Below are positions 39,459 to 54,714 of a stretch of 64,000 nucleotides of DNA, piece after piece (within the stretch, counting starts at the first letter, position 1; every line of letters begins with the position of its first letter). Made by a program: the position numbers and the translations under genes. The DNA is from Eledone cirrhosa (Eukaryota). Location of the stretch: positions 248,744,001 through 248,808,000 of the forward strand of contig OZ024742.1 in the NCBI GenBank assembly GCA_964016885.1, in the 5' to 3' direction. Under the pieces are notes generated by a model that had not been told where the DNA came from, ran no database searches, and saw only the letters and a list, made by a program, of their open reading frames with translations.

Positions 39459-40229
39459 CAGTTCATTATTCGTATTGAATAGCATGGGTTACATACATTT
39501 ACCATTGTACACGCACACGTCCAGATATATTTATGTATATATATGTGTGTGGTGTATGTAGGCATATATATATATATATATCTGTGTGTGTGTGTGCGTG
39601 TAACAATATTACAATAATGAGATATACGTCAAGCTGAGATATATACAAATAGGTGATTATGTGTGAGAGCGTTTGACATATGATAACAGTATAAGTTAGG
39701 AAATTTATCGTCATGAGAGAGCATCAAATTTGGTAAAGTGCCAATATTATTAACCGAAGCTATTCCTATATTGCCTGCATCACTGATACGATAGGTTTTC
39801 ATTGTGTATTTTAAAACATCTGATATTACGCGATATCACGCTGTTTGCTATGTATCACGTTTAATCAACTATATCACACACTATTGTTATCATATCAACA
39901 GTATAATTGATATTTGATGAAACCTTCCGGCGGTACGATATATCGTTTCAGTGATGATCGCTGGTGTTTTTAGTAACATAGATCTTAATATTTAGTAAGG
40001 TGTGCGTATGATCAATGATTGATAGTTCAATACCAGGATGAAAGTATCTCACATTTGAAATTGAATTTTGTTTAACAAAATTTTGTTTGAAATCTTGTTT
40101 TAAACCGAAATAAATATATATGGAAGCCAATATACAAATTGGCTGAGTAAAAATAAACTTGACACGCGCAAGTTTTGTGTCACTCTATGTTGATTTTCTA
40201 AACGATCAACCTTAGATTTCTGGACATGT

Positions 40230-41300
40230 CAGATAAACCGTCTGAGAAGAAGGCAAGGTACAATGGGAACTCCAGCCCCTGATATTCTGCGTGGAACCCT
40301 ATCATATATTCCACTATTTATATCAGTCAAAAGGCAAATATGGAAGGTTGTGGATAAAACCGTCTAGCGGGGTAGGACTCTCTCCAGAACCGGCACAATC
40401 GATGAAGAGGTAAGCTACTAGCTGTCTATAGTTTTCAATACTTTCGGTAAGCTGATGAAGCGTCTGTCCCCACAGTCAGATATCAGTGTGTGCACAAAAG
40501 TTGAAGTGTATAGCACATGTCGCCTTAAAGCTTTGCTGTATGGATTAGCTACATGAACAATATACTGTTGGCATATCCAACGTCTTCTATCAACAATGCT
40601 TGCGCTCAATCCTCAGGATTTCATGAGGTCTCATATACAATACGTTGACGTGCTGCAGCAGGCCAGTCCGCCACCAGTTATCAAGACCATGATCATGAAA
40701 GAGCATTTCCTGTGGCCAGGTCACTTAGTACGCCTGGAAGAGAGCACGATCTCAAAACAAGTATACTATGGAGAATTGTTTGAAAGCAAACGCATGCAAA
40801 GCAAGCTATACAAGTGCTTTAGAGACTATCTGAAAGATACAATAAAGAAGTTTAACATGAACACCGAAAAGGAGAAAATCTTGCAGCTAGCAGAGCCCAG
40901 TGGCGAAAACTCATACCGGTGTTAGGGAAGCTGAAACGAAGATGCAGGCTTATGCTGAAGTGAAGCGAGCTACTAAATATATGTGTGAGGTTAGTCCGTT
41001 CGCAGAACAAAAGTAAAGAGAGACTCTTACATGTGAGTGGTGAGGAAGTATATGTATGTCAACAGCTGGACTGCTAAGCCATGGCAGATGTCTTAAGCAT
41101 GGAAATAACACCTTTGAATACTCCACACAACTTGATTTCTCATATGCAATCTGTACCAAAGTATTTCACTTTTCAGGTGGTTTAACACGGCACCACAAAG
41201 CAAGACATTCCAATAAATCTCAAACAGAATGGAAACTTATCTGCGCACTGCGTGGTATGACATGCAAGACACTTCCTTGTTTTATGAGGCATCTAATGTA
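40230..41300 (+). mobile_element. RTE-clade LINE 3' fragment followed by C2H2-like zinc-finger remnants
   Basis: FGKLMKRL..TKVEVY..LLYG, WPGHLVRLEE..KQVYYGEL..KCFRDYLKD, and CTKVFHFSGGLTRHHKARH. Confidence 0.8.
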
Positions 41301-41939
41301 GCATTAGTGACAGCAACATCAATAATACATTTTCACCAATGACTTTTTTTTCTAAATGGCCGTACTTGGACACGAGCTGGCTTCCATTAGGGGTGTATGT
41401 ATGTATGTGTGTTATGCCTGCGTGTATGTGTGCATGTATGCATGTATGTATAGCTACTCTCGCTCAGAGAGTGGGATTGGTTCAGTGCACGGTCTTTCCT
41501 CACTATAAAGAAAATGTTCACGCACAGGTATTGCACGATAACATTAATTGATAATTATTGATAATGTTTTATCGTGCAATGGCCATACTCGATAACGAGG
41601 AGGCAGCTATCATCATCATCATCATGTATGTATGTATTTTGTGTGAGTACTCGTATGTGCAGGGAAAATGTATGTAGGAAGGAAAAGGGAAAAGAATACC
41701 CCCACTTCATTAAAGATCTGATCAAACCTATTCGATTAGACTTTCTCCTCAAACGGCTCTTATATACGTTGATGTAAGCTTATTTGTAACCGTCCGCTAC
41801 TAACAACATTACATATTATTAATATCTATATAACAATATGTCTAACATACTAACACAAATGTGAGTTATGCTTTAGAACAGTGATACACAAGCGGGAGGC
41901 TTTCACTCCAAGGAGAAAAAAACTGGAAACGAATACTGT

Positions 41940-42260
41940 AGGTTTGAGAGAGGTAAATTTCTATGTATCACGCACAGTGACACATCCTCCGCCTTCAATC
42001 TTGTAATTTCAGTTACAAATCCGGGAACTAATGCCCGGAATGCGAAGACGCGAATGATAGTCAAACACCGGAACTTGACCCGTACCTTCGTTTTCATACC
42101 TGTCACCGTAGAAACATTTGGTATTGTCGGTACCCGAACTGCCGTTTCCTCCGCAACTTATGAAGATATACAATCTACCTGAGGAAGGAGCGCATAGAGT
42201 GGCGTTGCTAATGTAGTGGATATAGCTGACTGTCCTCCGCTCCTAAGTCTTCAACATTTA
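41940..42260 (+). mobile_element. Remnant of a restriction-like endonuclease domain (CRE-like non-LTR element)
   Basis: ..FVFIPVTVETFGIVG.. matches the REL-domain motif F.P.A.ET.G..G. Confidence 0.5.
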
Positions 42261-43089
42261 ATCCGTGTGGAGCAGCTGAGATATACCACATAGACTAAGA
42301 CGAAAAATCGGCCGCTACCTTTCTCCTTCCCCTTAATTTCTCGGTTTCGACACATACATATGTTTGACACATCAGATGAGATAAACACATCCCCGTCTTG
42401 AAACCACTGATAATGCAGAAATAAACCAAACTATAAATATAGAAACATTTAACTTCTCTACTATATGTTGACTCGGCATGTTGTTCGTTTTTACCCTCTC
42501 CCTCCCACCGTTATCTTCTTCCTTCTCTTTTTCCTCTCCCTTCTACAGGCCAGCCCTACTGATGCCAACATTCTTTTAAGGTTACTCCAGTTGCAACTTG
42601 ACAAAAAAGTGATCCATAAAATAAGTACCTTACTTGAAAAAATATGTACTGGGTCTGATACGATTGACCTTAAGGTGCTGCTCTGCCCCAGCATGGCAAC
42701 AGTGTAATGGCGGAAACGAATAAAATAATAAAAGAATAAAGGAATATTACATGTATCATCGCGGATCAAAGACGAAGTGTGTCCGGAAATACGTTAAATA
42801 ATTCGCTTCTTCGGTAATCACAGCCCATTGCACGGTAGAGATAAATGGTCTTCTTCTTGTTTACTCTATCTGAAAAGTTAATTGAGCGAAGTTCAGGCTA
42901 ATGTGAAGCCAGATAACGCTAAGTTAGCTTTTTGAGTAAATTGATTAAGTGGAGTTCTATAGTATACAGTTTATAGTATCGATGCTAGAGCAGAGCAGGA
43001 AATATCGATTATATTTACTATATGATAGTTTACATGGAAACGATTGAACGATTGACTTCATAATGGAGTCACTTCTGGTGAAATATTTA

Positions 43090-43520
43090 GCGCCACCACT
43101 ACAACCACCACTAAGATCACCAACAAAACCACAACCCCACCACCAGCACCACCACAAGCGCTGCCACAAACACCCCCACCAAAATCAGCACACCAATATC
43201 ACCACTACTACCACCAACAACACTACCACGACCATCACCACCACAAGCGCTACCACAAATACCCCCACCACACTCAGCACGCCGATACCACAACAATATC
43301 ACCACTACTACCACTAACAACTCTACTACAACCATCACCACCACAAGCGCTACCACAAATACCCCCACCACACTCAGCACGCCGATACCACAACAATATC
43401 ACCACCGCCATCACCACCACCACCACCACACCAAACAGTCTCCATAGCCACCATAAAACCCCACCACAATCACACAACCTACATAGTCACCAGAAACCCC
43501 ACTACAACCACACTATCACC
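43090..43520. repeat. (CAC)-rich low-complexity region with internal ~75-90-bp duplication
   Basis: accatcaccaccacaagcgctaccacaaatacccccaccacactcagcacgccgataccacaacaatatcacca at 43231 and 43331. Confidence 0.85.
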
Positions 43521-44006
43521 TCCCTCTTAATAATATGGTAGAAGTAGTGGGAAACGTAACCTCCTGCGTTTATATACAACCAACCTTACACACAAGAGAG
43601 TTCACCGCATTTTTCGTGGTCATCTCATTAACGGAAGTAACGTCAAACACACTTCATATCTTCCCACCCTCACCTCTATATTTCTCTGTCTATGACTGTT
43701 TCTCTCTCTTTCTTCCTCTATCTCTCTCTCTAAATTTATCTATCTATCTATCTATATATCGATCTATCTATCTCTCTCTCTCTATATATATATATATATC
43801 TTCCGTCTCTCTCTTCCGTCTCTCTGCATCTCACGTTCTCTTTCTATGTCTCACCGACGAGAAGATTCACATCATATATGATTGCAGTTGTCTAGCTCCA
43901 TGCTGAACCTGAGAGAGCAGCAGACGTATTTATAATCTAAATTGTTCTAGCCTACGTAGCTAGGAATAATTTATTGAATTTGATCCGGTTATCTGACTAG
44001 AGACAA

Positions 44007-44043
<37 letters not shown>

Positions 44044-44055
44044 GGTATGTATATA

Positions 44056-44197
<142 letters not shown>

Positions 44198-44221
44198 TAT
44201 ATATGTAGGTATGTATATATA

Positions 44222-44267
<46 letters not shown>

Positions 44268-44269
<2 letters not shown>

Positions 44270-44300
44270 AACCAGTAAGACCCCGACGGCTGAGCTCAAT
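44268..44300 (-). mobile_element. Family B 33-bp remnant inside (TA)n
   Basis: ggaaccagtaagaccccgacggctgagctcaa matches 58702-58733. Confidence 0.85.
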
Positions 44301-44340
44301 ATATACATGTAGGTATGTATATATATGTGTGTGTATATAT

Positions 44341-44424
<84 letters not shown>

Positions 44425-44481
44425 ATACATTAACAGAGAAAGCTTTTAGCGATACTCTGACCAACTCCATTAGGATATACC

Positions 44482-44565
<84 letters not shown>

Positions 44566-44604
44566 TATATCCTAATGTTTGTTGAGTGAGATGTTACACC
44601 CCCT

Positions 44605-44681
<77 letters not shown>

Positions 44682-46139
44682 TGTATTTATATATATATAT
44701 ATATTTGTGTGTGTGTCTGTTGGTGTCGAGAGAGAAAGATAAAGAGAGAGGGTCGGAAGGGGGGGGGCGGTTGATTGGATGATAGATAGGCAGAGAGATA
44801 GAAATATAGACATAAAATTCTCAAAATTAATAAAATAAAAGATTAAGAAATATACTGATTTAACAGTTAATATAATTTTCAAAAGAAATGTTGCACACAC
44901 ACACACACTCACACATACATGCACATATATTTACATATTCATTGAGTGAATCGGAGAAAGGAGAGAGAAAAAGATACTCACCACGAAGCAAACTAACATA
45001 CATTTATATACAGGTGAAAATAACTATATATATATACATATTTATATATGTGTGCGTGAGTTCTTATGTATGTTTATGTTAATGTGCGTTCTTATGGATG
45101 TTTGTGTGTGTGTGTGTCTGTACGTATTTATGTGTCTATGTGTTGGTATAAGCATATATAGAAAAAGTATTCAGAGAAATTAGCCATAAAGTACAGAGAA
45201 TATTTGAAAAAAATATATATATAATATATACATATAATCGAAATAATATCTCAGTGAGAAACATTTCTTTTGTTAAAAGAATATTTTGAGAAAATTATGA
45301 AAACTTTTTGAAATGAAAACTGAAGCGGATGATAAAAAAAAAAAATAATATGGCCGCCCGCTGATTTTTCTCTCTCTTGTATTATTTCTCTGATCTTTTG
45401 TTCAGCTAATAAAAACAACAGCAACAATAATAAAAACATGAAAAATGTCAGTGTGAGTGAGAGTATGTGGAAGTGGTGGTATGATATAATGGAGAAGTGG
45501 GTTTCGATGGCTGGAATTAAAAGAAAAATTGATTGATACTCTCTAGCAACGAGATTTATTTATTCCTATTATCTTTATTTTTCTCCTACTAAATATATCC
45601 ATCTATATATCTATCTGTCTTGCCCTCCATTTCTCTATCCATCGCAATCTCTCTCTCTCTCTCTCTCTCTGTCCCTCCTTATCTCCCCCCTCTCTCTCTA
45701 TATATATAAAGAGAGAGAGAGAAAGAGAAAAGGGGAGGTGAGAATGAAGAGAGAGAGAGAGGGAGAGAAAGAGAGACAGCGAGATGTCTAATACTCTTTA
45801 TCTCACCTTTTACGAATTACACACCCTCTCTGTCCAACTGTATATTTCCCTGTTTCTCACAATCTTATTCAAGTTAATGTCGCTTCATTAAAATTTTATT
45901 ACAGTAAAGCATTCATTTAGTTTTAAATGTCATATATCATTCTAACTTTAAATACGCACACACTCACACGTACAGATGTATATATACATATATATACATA
46001 TATATATATAGGTATATCGATATTTATATCTATTCTATATCTATATATTTATCCATATATATATACATACATACATATATATATATATATACATACATAT
46101 ATATTTATTTATACATACATATATATTTATATATATATA

Positions 46140-46208
<69 letters not shown>

Positions 46209-46388
46209 GTATACACACATTTTTTTATATATATACATACATACATGTATATATATATATATACATGTATGTATGTATATATATATATATACAAAAATGT
46301 GTGTATACGTTTATACATACATCAACACAGACAACAATCGATCGCGACCAAAAACTATATTCATAAAATCTTCAAGAGTTTACAAATG

Positions 46389-46469
<81 letters not shown>

Positions 46470-46528
46470 ATACACAGACATAAACACACACATACACACC
46501 TGCATATAAATATATATATATATATATA

Positions 46529-46579
<51 letters not shown>

Positions 46580-47084
46580 GTTATATATATGTATATCGAT
46601 GTTTAAATGCCAGCTATATGTTTCTAATTATGCCTCACTACATGGCTGACACCAATCATGCGTAAACTTTCGGAAACACACGCTCATGCAAACGTACACA
46701 GCCACCCCCACACCCACACTCTGATGCTGATGCACAATTACACACACAATCTCACACAAACACTGACGCACCCACGTATTTACATTTATTACCATGTGTG
46801 TGCATCTTATATATGTATATGACTATGTTTATGCAACTTTGTATGTATTTATATATGTGGTTTTGGGGCAGAATCGCTAATGCTTTGGCCAAAATCCTTC
46901 GTCAAATCCCACCGAGGTAAAATTTGCAGTTCATTTTTTCAGAGATCGATAAAATAACTTACTTGGGGTTGTCAATATAATTGAGTTTCCCTCTACACCA
47001 AATTGCAAGCCTTGTGTTACTGAAAAGATAGAAGTTATTACAACATAAAAATAGCATTTGACAAGAGAATGAAAACTCTATCCC

Positions 47085-47270
47085 TGGATTGGCGGTATCG
47101 GTAGACCATCAGACACATATGCTTTGCGGCATAGAGTTATAGCCCTTTACGTTCTGAGTTCAAATCCCGCTGAGGTTAACTTTGCCTTTCATCCTTAAGG
47201 CGTCGATAAAATGAAGTACCAGTAACGCACTCGGGTGATTGCTGGCTTTGTGCCAAAAGTAGAAACAATT
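47085..47270 (+). mobile_element. Full-length SINE copy (degenerate copy upstream at 46860-47040)
   Basis: ggattggcggtatcggtag..gagttcaaatccc..gtgccaaaagtagaaacaa. Confidence 0.9.
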
Positions 47271-47284
47271 ATTATTTGGTGTTG

Positions 47285-47450
47285 CCAGTACACTGTTGAT
47301 ACACTGCTAGTACACTGTCGGTACACTGATGGTACATTATTGGCACATTTTACTACGCTGTTGACATATATTAGTACCCTGTTGGTATAAATTGTTGCTA
47401 CACTGCATGTACACTGTTACTATACTGTTGGTACAGTGTTGGTATACCAA
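47285..47450. repeat. 11-bp minisatellite (tacactgttgg)n, degenerate
   Basis: Periodic tacactg(t/c)(t/c)gg. Confidence 0.8.
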
Positions 47451-48244
47451 TAGTATAGTAGTTGTATTACCAACAACAATACGAACAACAACAACAATAC
47501 CAACTTCGGCACACAACTACACAAAGAGCAACAACAACGAAATGACCGAAAAACATGGTTTTACTTTGCCATCTGAAATTGTGTTTTCTGTGAGTGTTTA
47601 TTCTGCGCATGACACTAAAACGTATTTGCGAGTGTGAGGTGTCATTTAGTTCAAATAAAATATCGAAAGTTGAAAGAAAATAACACCCATGAGCATCATT
47701 TAATGATCTGAATTCCATCAGAAAACATATTTGTTGCTTCTATAAAGTTTCTTCCAGTCGCAGACTAGTTCTGTGATTAATATTTCTCTGGAAAGATCAG
47801 GAAGTCTGCAATGGAGCAAGTTAAAACCAAATTACAAATACAGCAACAGAAACACCTACAAAAATAGAAGAAATAAAAAGAAAAATCAAACATTACACAT
47901 GCGCACACACATGGCTGTATACACAATATCTCTCACAAGACACACAAAGAACACATACACACAATACATATAGGTGTACAGCATACACACGCACGTACTA
48001 ACGCATAGAGTTAATACACATGGAATACAGACAGGACACTAACACAGCACACGCATAATAGCCATAGATACACAACATACACCATAACATATACAGACAG
48101 AACACAGAAAACACACATACACACCACACACATAATGACACTAACAGGACATACGCATAACATAAAGATAACGCACGAATAACATAACCACGACACATAG
48201 ACGCACAGCCACAAAACAGACACAACACACAACACAAACATGAC

Positions 48245-49365
48245 ACATTCAACACACACTGAACACACATATTACACACACAACACAAACATAACACATA
48301 CAACACACACTGAACACACATATTACACACACAACACAAACATAACACATACAACACACACTGAACACACATATTACACACACAACACAAACATAACACA
48401 TACAACACACACTGAACACACAACATACACACACAACACAAACATAACACATACAACACACACTGAACACACATATTACACACACAACACAAACATAACA
48501 CATACAACACACACTGAACACACATATTACACACACAACACAAACATAACACATACAACACACACTGAACACACATATTACACACACAACACAAACATAA
48601 CACATACAACACACACTAAACACACATATTACACACACAACACAAACATATTAGTTTAAGGCATGTTTGTGTTGTGTGTAATATCGATGGACCCTATATG
48701 GGACCATCGATATTACACACAACACAAACATAACACATACAACACACACTGAACACACATATTACACACACAACACAAACATAAGACATACAACACACAC
48801 TGAACACACATATTACACACACAACACAAACATAACACATACAACACACACTGAACACACATATTACACACACAACACAAACATAACACATACAACACAC
48901 ACTGAACACACATATTACACACACAACACAAACATAACACATACAACACACACTAAACACACATATTACACACACAACACAAACATAACACATACAACAC
49001 ACACTGAACACACATATTACACACACAACACACACAACACAAACATAACACATACAACACACAAACATAACACATACAACACACACTGAACACACATATT
49101 ACACACACACAACACACACAACACAAAAGTAACACATACAACACACACTGAACACACATATTACTTATAATAACACAACACAAACATAACACATACAACA
49201 CACACTGAACACACATAGTACACACACACAACACACACATAATACATACAACACACACTGAACACACATATTACACACACACAACACACACAACACAAAA
49301 GGAACACATACAACACACACTGAACACATATTACTTACAATAACACAACACAAACATTGCACATA
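48245..49365. repeat. 51-bp minisatellite array
   Basis: Unit caacacacactgaacacacatattacacacacaacacaaacataacacata. Confidence 0.95.
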
Positions 49366-49369
49366 CAAC

Positions 49370-50335
49370 CCAAAACAAACGTATCACACATACAATAACT
49401 CATACAACACAACACAAACGTATCACACAGACAATAACTCATACAACACAACACAAACGTATCACACAGACAATAACACATACAACCCAACACAAACGTA
49501 TCACACAGACAATAACACATACAACACAAACGTATCACACAGACAATAACACATACAACACAACATAAACGTATCACACAGACAATAACACATACAACAC
49601 AACACAAACGTATCACACAGACAATAACTCATACAACACAACACAAACGTATCACACAGACAATAACACATACAACACAACACAAACGTATCACACAGAC
49701 AATAACTCATACAACACAACATAAACGTATCACACAGACAATAACACATACAACACAACACAAACGTATCACACAGACAATAACTCATACAACACAACAC
49801 AAACGTATCACACAGACAATAACTCATACAACACAACACAAACGTATCACACAGACAATAACACATACAACACAACACAAACGTATCACACAGACAATAA
49901 GACATACAACACAACACAAACGTATCACACAGACAATAACACATACAACACAACACAAACGTATCACACAGACAATAACACATACAACACAACACAAACG
50001 TATCACACAGACAATAACTCATACAACACAACACAAACGTATCACACAGACAATAACTCATACAACACAACACAAACGTATCACACAGACAATAACACAT
50101 ACAACACAACACAAACGTATCACACAGACAATAACACATACAACACAACACAAACGTATCACACAGACAATAACACATACAACACAACACAAACGTATCA
50201 CACAGACAATAACACATACAACACAACACAAACGTATCACACAGACAATAACTCATACAACACAACACAAACGTATCACACAGACAATAACACATACAAC
50301 ACAACACAAACGTATCACACAGACAATAACTCATT
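49370..50335. repeat. 39-bp minisatellite array (~24 units)
   Basis: Unit acaacacaacacaaacgtatcacacagacaataac(a/t)cat. Confidence 0.95.
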
Positions 50336-50879
50336 CAAGACACACACTTAATAACTGAATAACATAAATACACAGAACCCATATATTATTGATACCTACG
50401 ACATTTACATAACAGGTCATTCCATTCTTCCTCCATTCTTTCTGTCTCTCTGTCTCTCTTTCATCTTTTGTTTAACATACATATTTCTTTTGTCGTCCTT
50501 CTATATACATGAAAGTGGAGTGTCATTGCACTGAGTCTCTTCCAACAACTCTTTAAATGATACACGTTCGGAGAGGGGGGGGGGGGAGAAGGAGGAGAAG
50601 AAGAAGAAGAAGAAGAAGAAGAATATCCACACCCCTCCGATATCACAATCTACCATACTTCGATATCTGTCTTATCCCCTCCACCTACCCATCGTCCATT
50701 TTTATTGTTATATCTTAGAATTACATTTAATTATATTTTTAATACTTTTCTTGGCTTATTTGTCTATATTTGCCTTATTTTTTATCATCACCCTCCTAAT
50801 TAAATGTCAATTACTACCCCCTCCTCCGCCCCCTCCACCTCATCCACCTCCTACCCCTCCTCCCCCTCATGCTCCTTAT

Positions 50880-50936
50880 TTTCTTCTTCTTCTTCTCATT
50901 CTTGTTCTACTTCTTCACCCTCATCTTCTTCATTTT

Positions 50937-50969
<33 letters not shown>

Positions 50970-51130
50970 CTTCTTCTTCTTCTTCTTCTTCTTCTTTTTC
51001 TTCCTCTTCTTCTTCTTCTTCTTCTTCTTCATTCTTCTTCTGCTTCTTCTTCTTCTTCTTCTTCTTCTTCTTCTTCTTCTTCTTCTTCTTCTTCTTTTCT
51101 TCTTCCTTCTTCATTCTTCTTCTTTTTCCA
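50880..51130. repeat. (TTC)n microsatellite
   Basis: Trinucleotide run. Confidence 0.95.
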
Positions 51131-51591
51131 CTTCTTTGCTCCGTCCTCTTCCTCTCCTTCTTCTCCTTCCCCCATCATCTTCGTTCTCTTCTTCTCCATC
51201 ATCCCCAGAAGCAGCAGCAGAAACATAATCATCTATATCATCGTCACCACAATCCTCCAATTCAACATTATCTTTTTTTCATGGTGATGATGATGATCAT
51301 CATCAACATCGTCATCATCATAATCACCTTCGTTCTGTCTTCTCTATTTTCCAACAACCTCCCCATCGCCATCATCAAACAATCATCACCAGCACTGTAA
51401 CTATCACCAACTGCAACGTCGTACTTACTTCTACGTTGTTTCGTGTTAAAGGAATTTCGTATTCAGCACGAACACTCACCGTTTGGCAGCAGTTTGTCAT
51501 CAGCGTCGGCATCGCTCATTGCAAGACGCTGAGATATGGTAATGTCAGACTTTTAGACATGTGTGCTTTATAATTTACATATATATATATA

Positions 51592-51800
<209 letters not shown>

Positions 51801-51823
51801 ATATATATATATATATATAGACA

Positions 51824-51875
<52 letters not shown>

Positions 51876-51916
51876 TATATATGTATGTATGTACTTATAT
51901 ATATATGTAATATATG

Positions 51917-51947
<31 letters not shown>

Positions 51948-52020
51948 ATATATATATATATATACATATACGTATGTATATATATATATACATATACGTA
52001 TGTATATATGTATGTGTGTG

Positions 52021-52075
<55 letters not shown>

Positions 52076-52132
52076 ACATACATATACATATACAAGTATA
52101 TAGATATATAGATACGTATACATACGTATATA

Positions 52133-52181
<49 letters not shown>

Positions 52182-52317
52182 CGTTTGGGCATATATATGT
52201 CCCGCCAGTGTATATATATTCTATTAACCATACCAGTATATCTCAGTTTCTTACAGTTGAATAACCAAAAAGACAACTTATGGATACATACATGCAGTAT
52301 ATAAGCATGTTTAACTA

Positions 52318-52439
<122 letters not shown>

Positions 52440-52482
52440 CATAATTGGAGGCTTAGTGAAATCGAATCTTTGGTGGTGTGCA

Positions 52483-52513
<31 letters not shown>

Positions 52514-52607
52514 TGCGATTGTGTATGTGTGTGTGCAAGTGTGTCGACGCACGTGTGTGTGTATTTGTATATATGTATACTCTTATATATAATTATATAT
52601 ATATATG

Positions 52608-52670
<63 letters not shown>

Positions 52671-53174
52671 CTGTGTGTGTGTGTGTGTGTATTTGTATAT
52701 ATGTATATACAAATATACATATATACCTGACAAAATTATTTTCAGACTACCTTCAAATTAAGACCAATTTGAAAAAGGAAAAAATATATATTTTAACAAT
52801 CATCAATACATTTACATTATTACTGTTGCCTTTATTGTTGTTGTTAACTTTGTTGTCAAGGATGATGATGATGCTGTCACTGTTGTTGTCGATGATTATA
52901 CTGCTGACATTGTTAGTTTATATTTGAATATTGGTGGGAGTGCGCAATCATTTATTACATCTCTCAACCTTTTTACTATATTGACAATTCACCCTAAATA
53001 ACCAGTATATCATTCACTACCAATAAACTCAGGTATCTGATGCTTTATTTCATTATTTATGTGACTCTATTTAAATACACAATATATATGTATTATATTA
53101 AACATACATACTTACACACAGAACATTACTAACATATATAGATAAATAAATACAAATATAAATATATATATATG

Positions 53175-53371
53175 TAACGAAGGGAATGTGGTAAGGAACC
53201 AGGTGGATCATAACGCACCAAAGTACTCAATACTTAGGGTAGTAGAGTGGGTAATAGGAACGAGTAGGACCCCGACGGCTGAGCTCAAGCCGTCTCGACG
53301 GCTAATTCTGGGTCCAGAATTAGCCGTCGAAACGGCTTGAGCTCAGCCGTCGGGGTCCTACTCGTTCCTAT
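53175..53371. mobile_element. Family B element with near-perfect 118-bp hairpin (53254-53371)
   Basis: ggaacgagtaggaccccgacggc..ctgg-gt-ccag..gccgtcggggtcctactcgttcc. The right arm reads GAA acggct-tgagctc-agccgt C (hammerhead 3' half, GUC). Confidence 0.9.
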
Positions 53372-53384
53372 ATATATATGTATA

Positions 53385-53861
53385 TATACGCACATACATA
53401 TATGTATACAGACGTACAGTAGTATGTATATATATACATACATGCATACATATATATATATGTACGTAATGGATTTACCGAGCATTTATTATATGTGTAT
53501 GTACGTATATATACATACTTATATTTAAGTAACAGCCGTACTAAGAGTGAGAAATGAAATTTCGTTTCATTGTTTCCGTTTATCGTTTTCAGTGCGCCCG
53601 GCCAATTAACTCACTCGATATGCAAATTAGGCTGCTCAACCGTTAATATGCATAAGGAAAGTATATACTTTCAGACGTTCAATCATCTGGCAGGAAGGTA
53701 TACGGTGCTGACGAGAGCTAATAAGCTTGAAACTAGTACAGCGTTCTTTGTCAGTGTTGAACAAATGTGCAACGATGGTTGCTAAACACTTTACGGCTTA
53801 ATTCGGGATGTTTGTTTACAAACAAACCGAGCATTATAATAAATGCTTGGTAAATCCATAC

Positions 53862-53936
<75 letters not shown>

Positions 53937-54070
53937 CATGTATGTATATATAAACATACTACTGTATGTCTGTATACATATATGTATGTACGTATATATA
54001 CATACTTATATTTAAGTAACAGCCGTACTAAGAGTGAGAAATGAAATTTCGTTTCATTTTTTCCATTTAT
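53385..54070 (+). mobile_element. Partial tandem unit (87-bp direct repeats at 53497-53583 / 53984-54070, period 487 bp) with inverted upstream piece
   Basis: Direct repeats seen directly. 53385-53492 is the reverse complement of ~53835-53990. Confidence 0.8.
53702..53744 (+). ncRNA. Canonical minimal type I hammerhead ribozyme
   Basis: acggtg CTGACGA gagct-aata-agctt GAA actagt A cagcgt. Palindromic ACUAGU stem III, GUA site. Confidence 0.8.
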
Positions 54071-54153
54071 ATATAAATATATATAAGTTTATCCCGGATT
54101 CAATCGGGGATTTACCACAGTAGGTTTGGTACTCAATACAAAGCAGAGTATCA

Positions 54154-54681
<528 letters not shown>

Positions 54682-54714
54682 ATCAACATCGTCAAGGTAT
54701 GTCAGGCATCAACT

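Noticed and set aside
42340-42415. Further hammerhead-like strings (also near 27305-27350, 10760-10815 and 59720-59775)
   Set aside because: They have too many core or stem mismatches to distinguish from chance by eye.
42550-42742. Apparent splice acceptor (..cccttctacag) plus ORF
   Set aside because: The downstream sequence (ataagtacc..gtactgggtc..ccagcatggc..gaaac.aataaaa) looks like a SINE core and tail, and there is no convincing donor.
49501-50334. 277-aa Cys-rich ORF (and 47998-48612) resembling a metallothionein or keratin-associated protein
   Set aside because: It arises from GT-rich minisatellites with unit lengths divisible by 3. Several frames are open, and there is no unique sequence or splice context.
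48245-50335. CRISPR-like regular repeats
   Set aside because: Units are contiguous with no unique spacers, the context is eukaryotic, and there are no cas genes.
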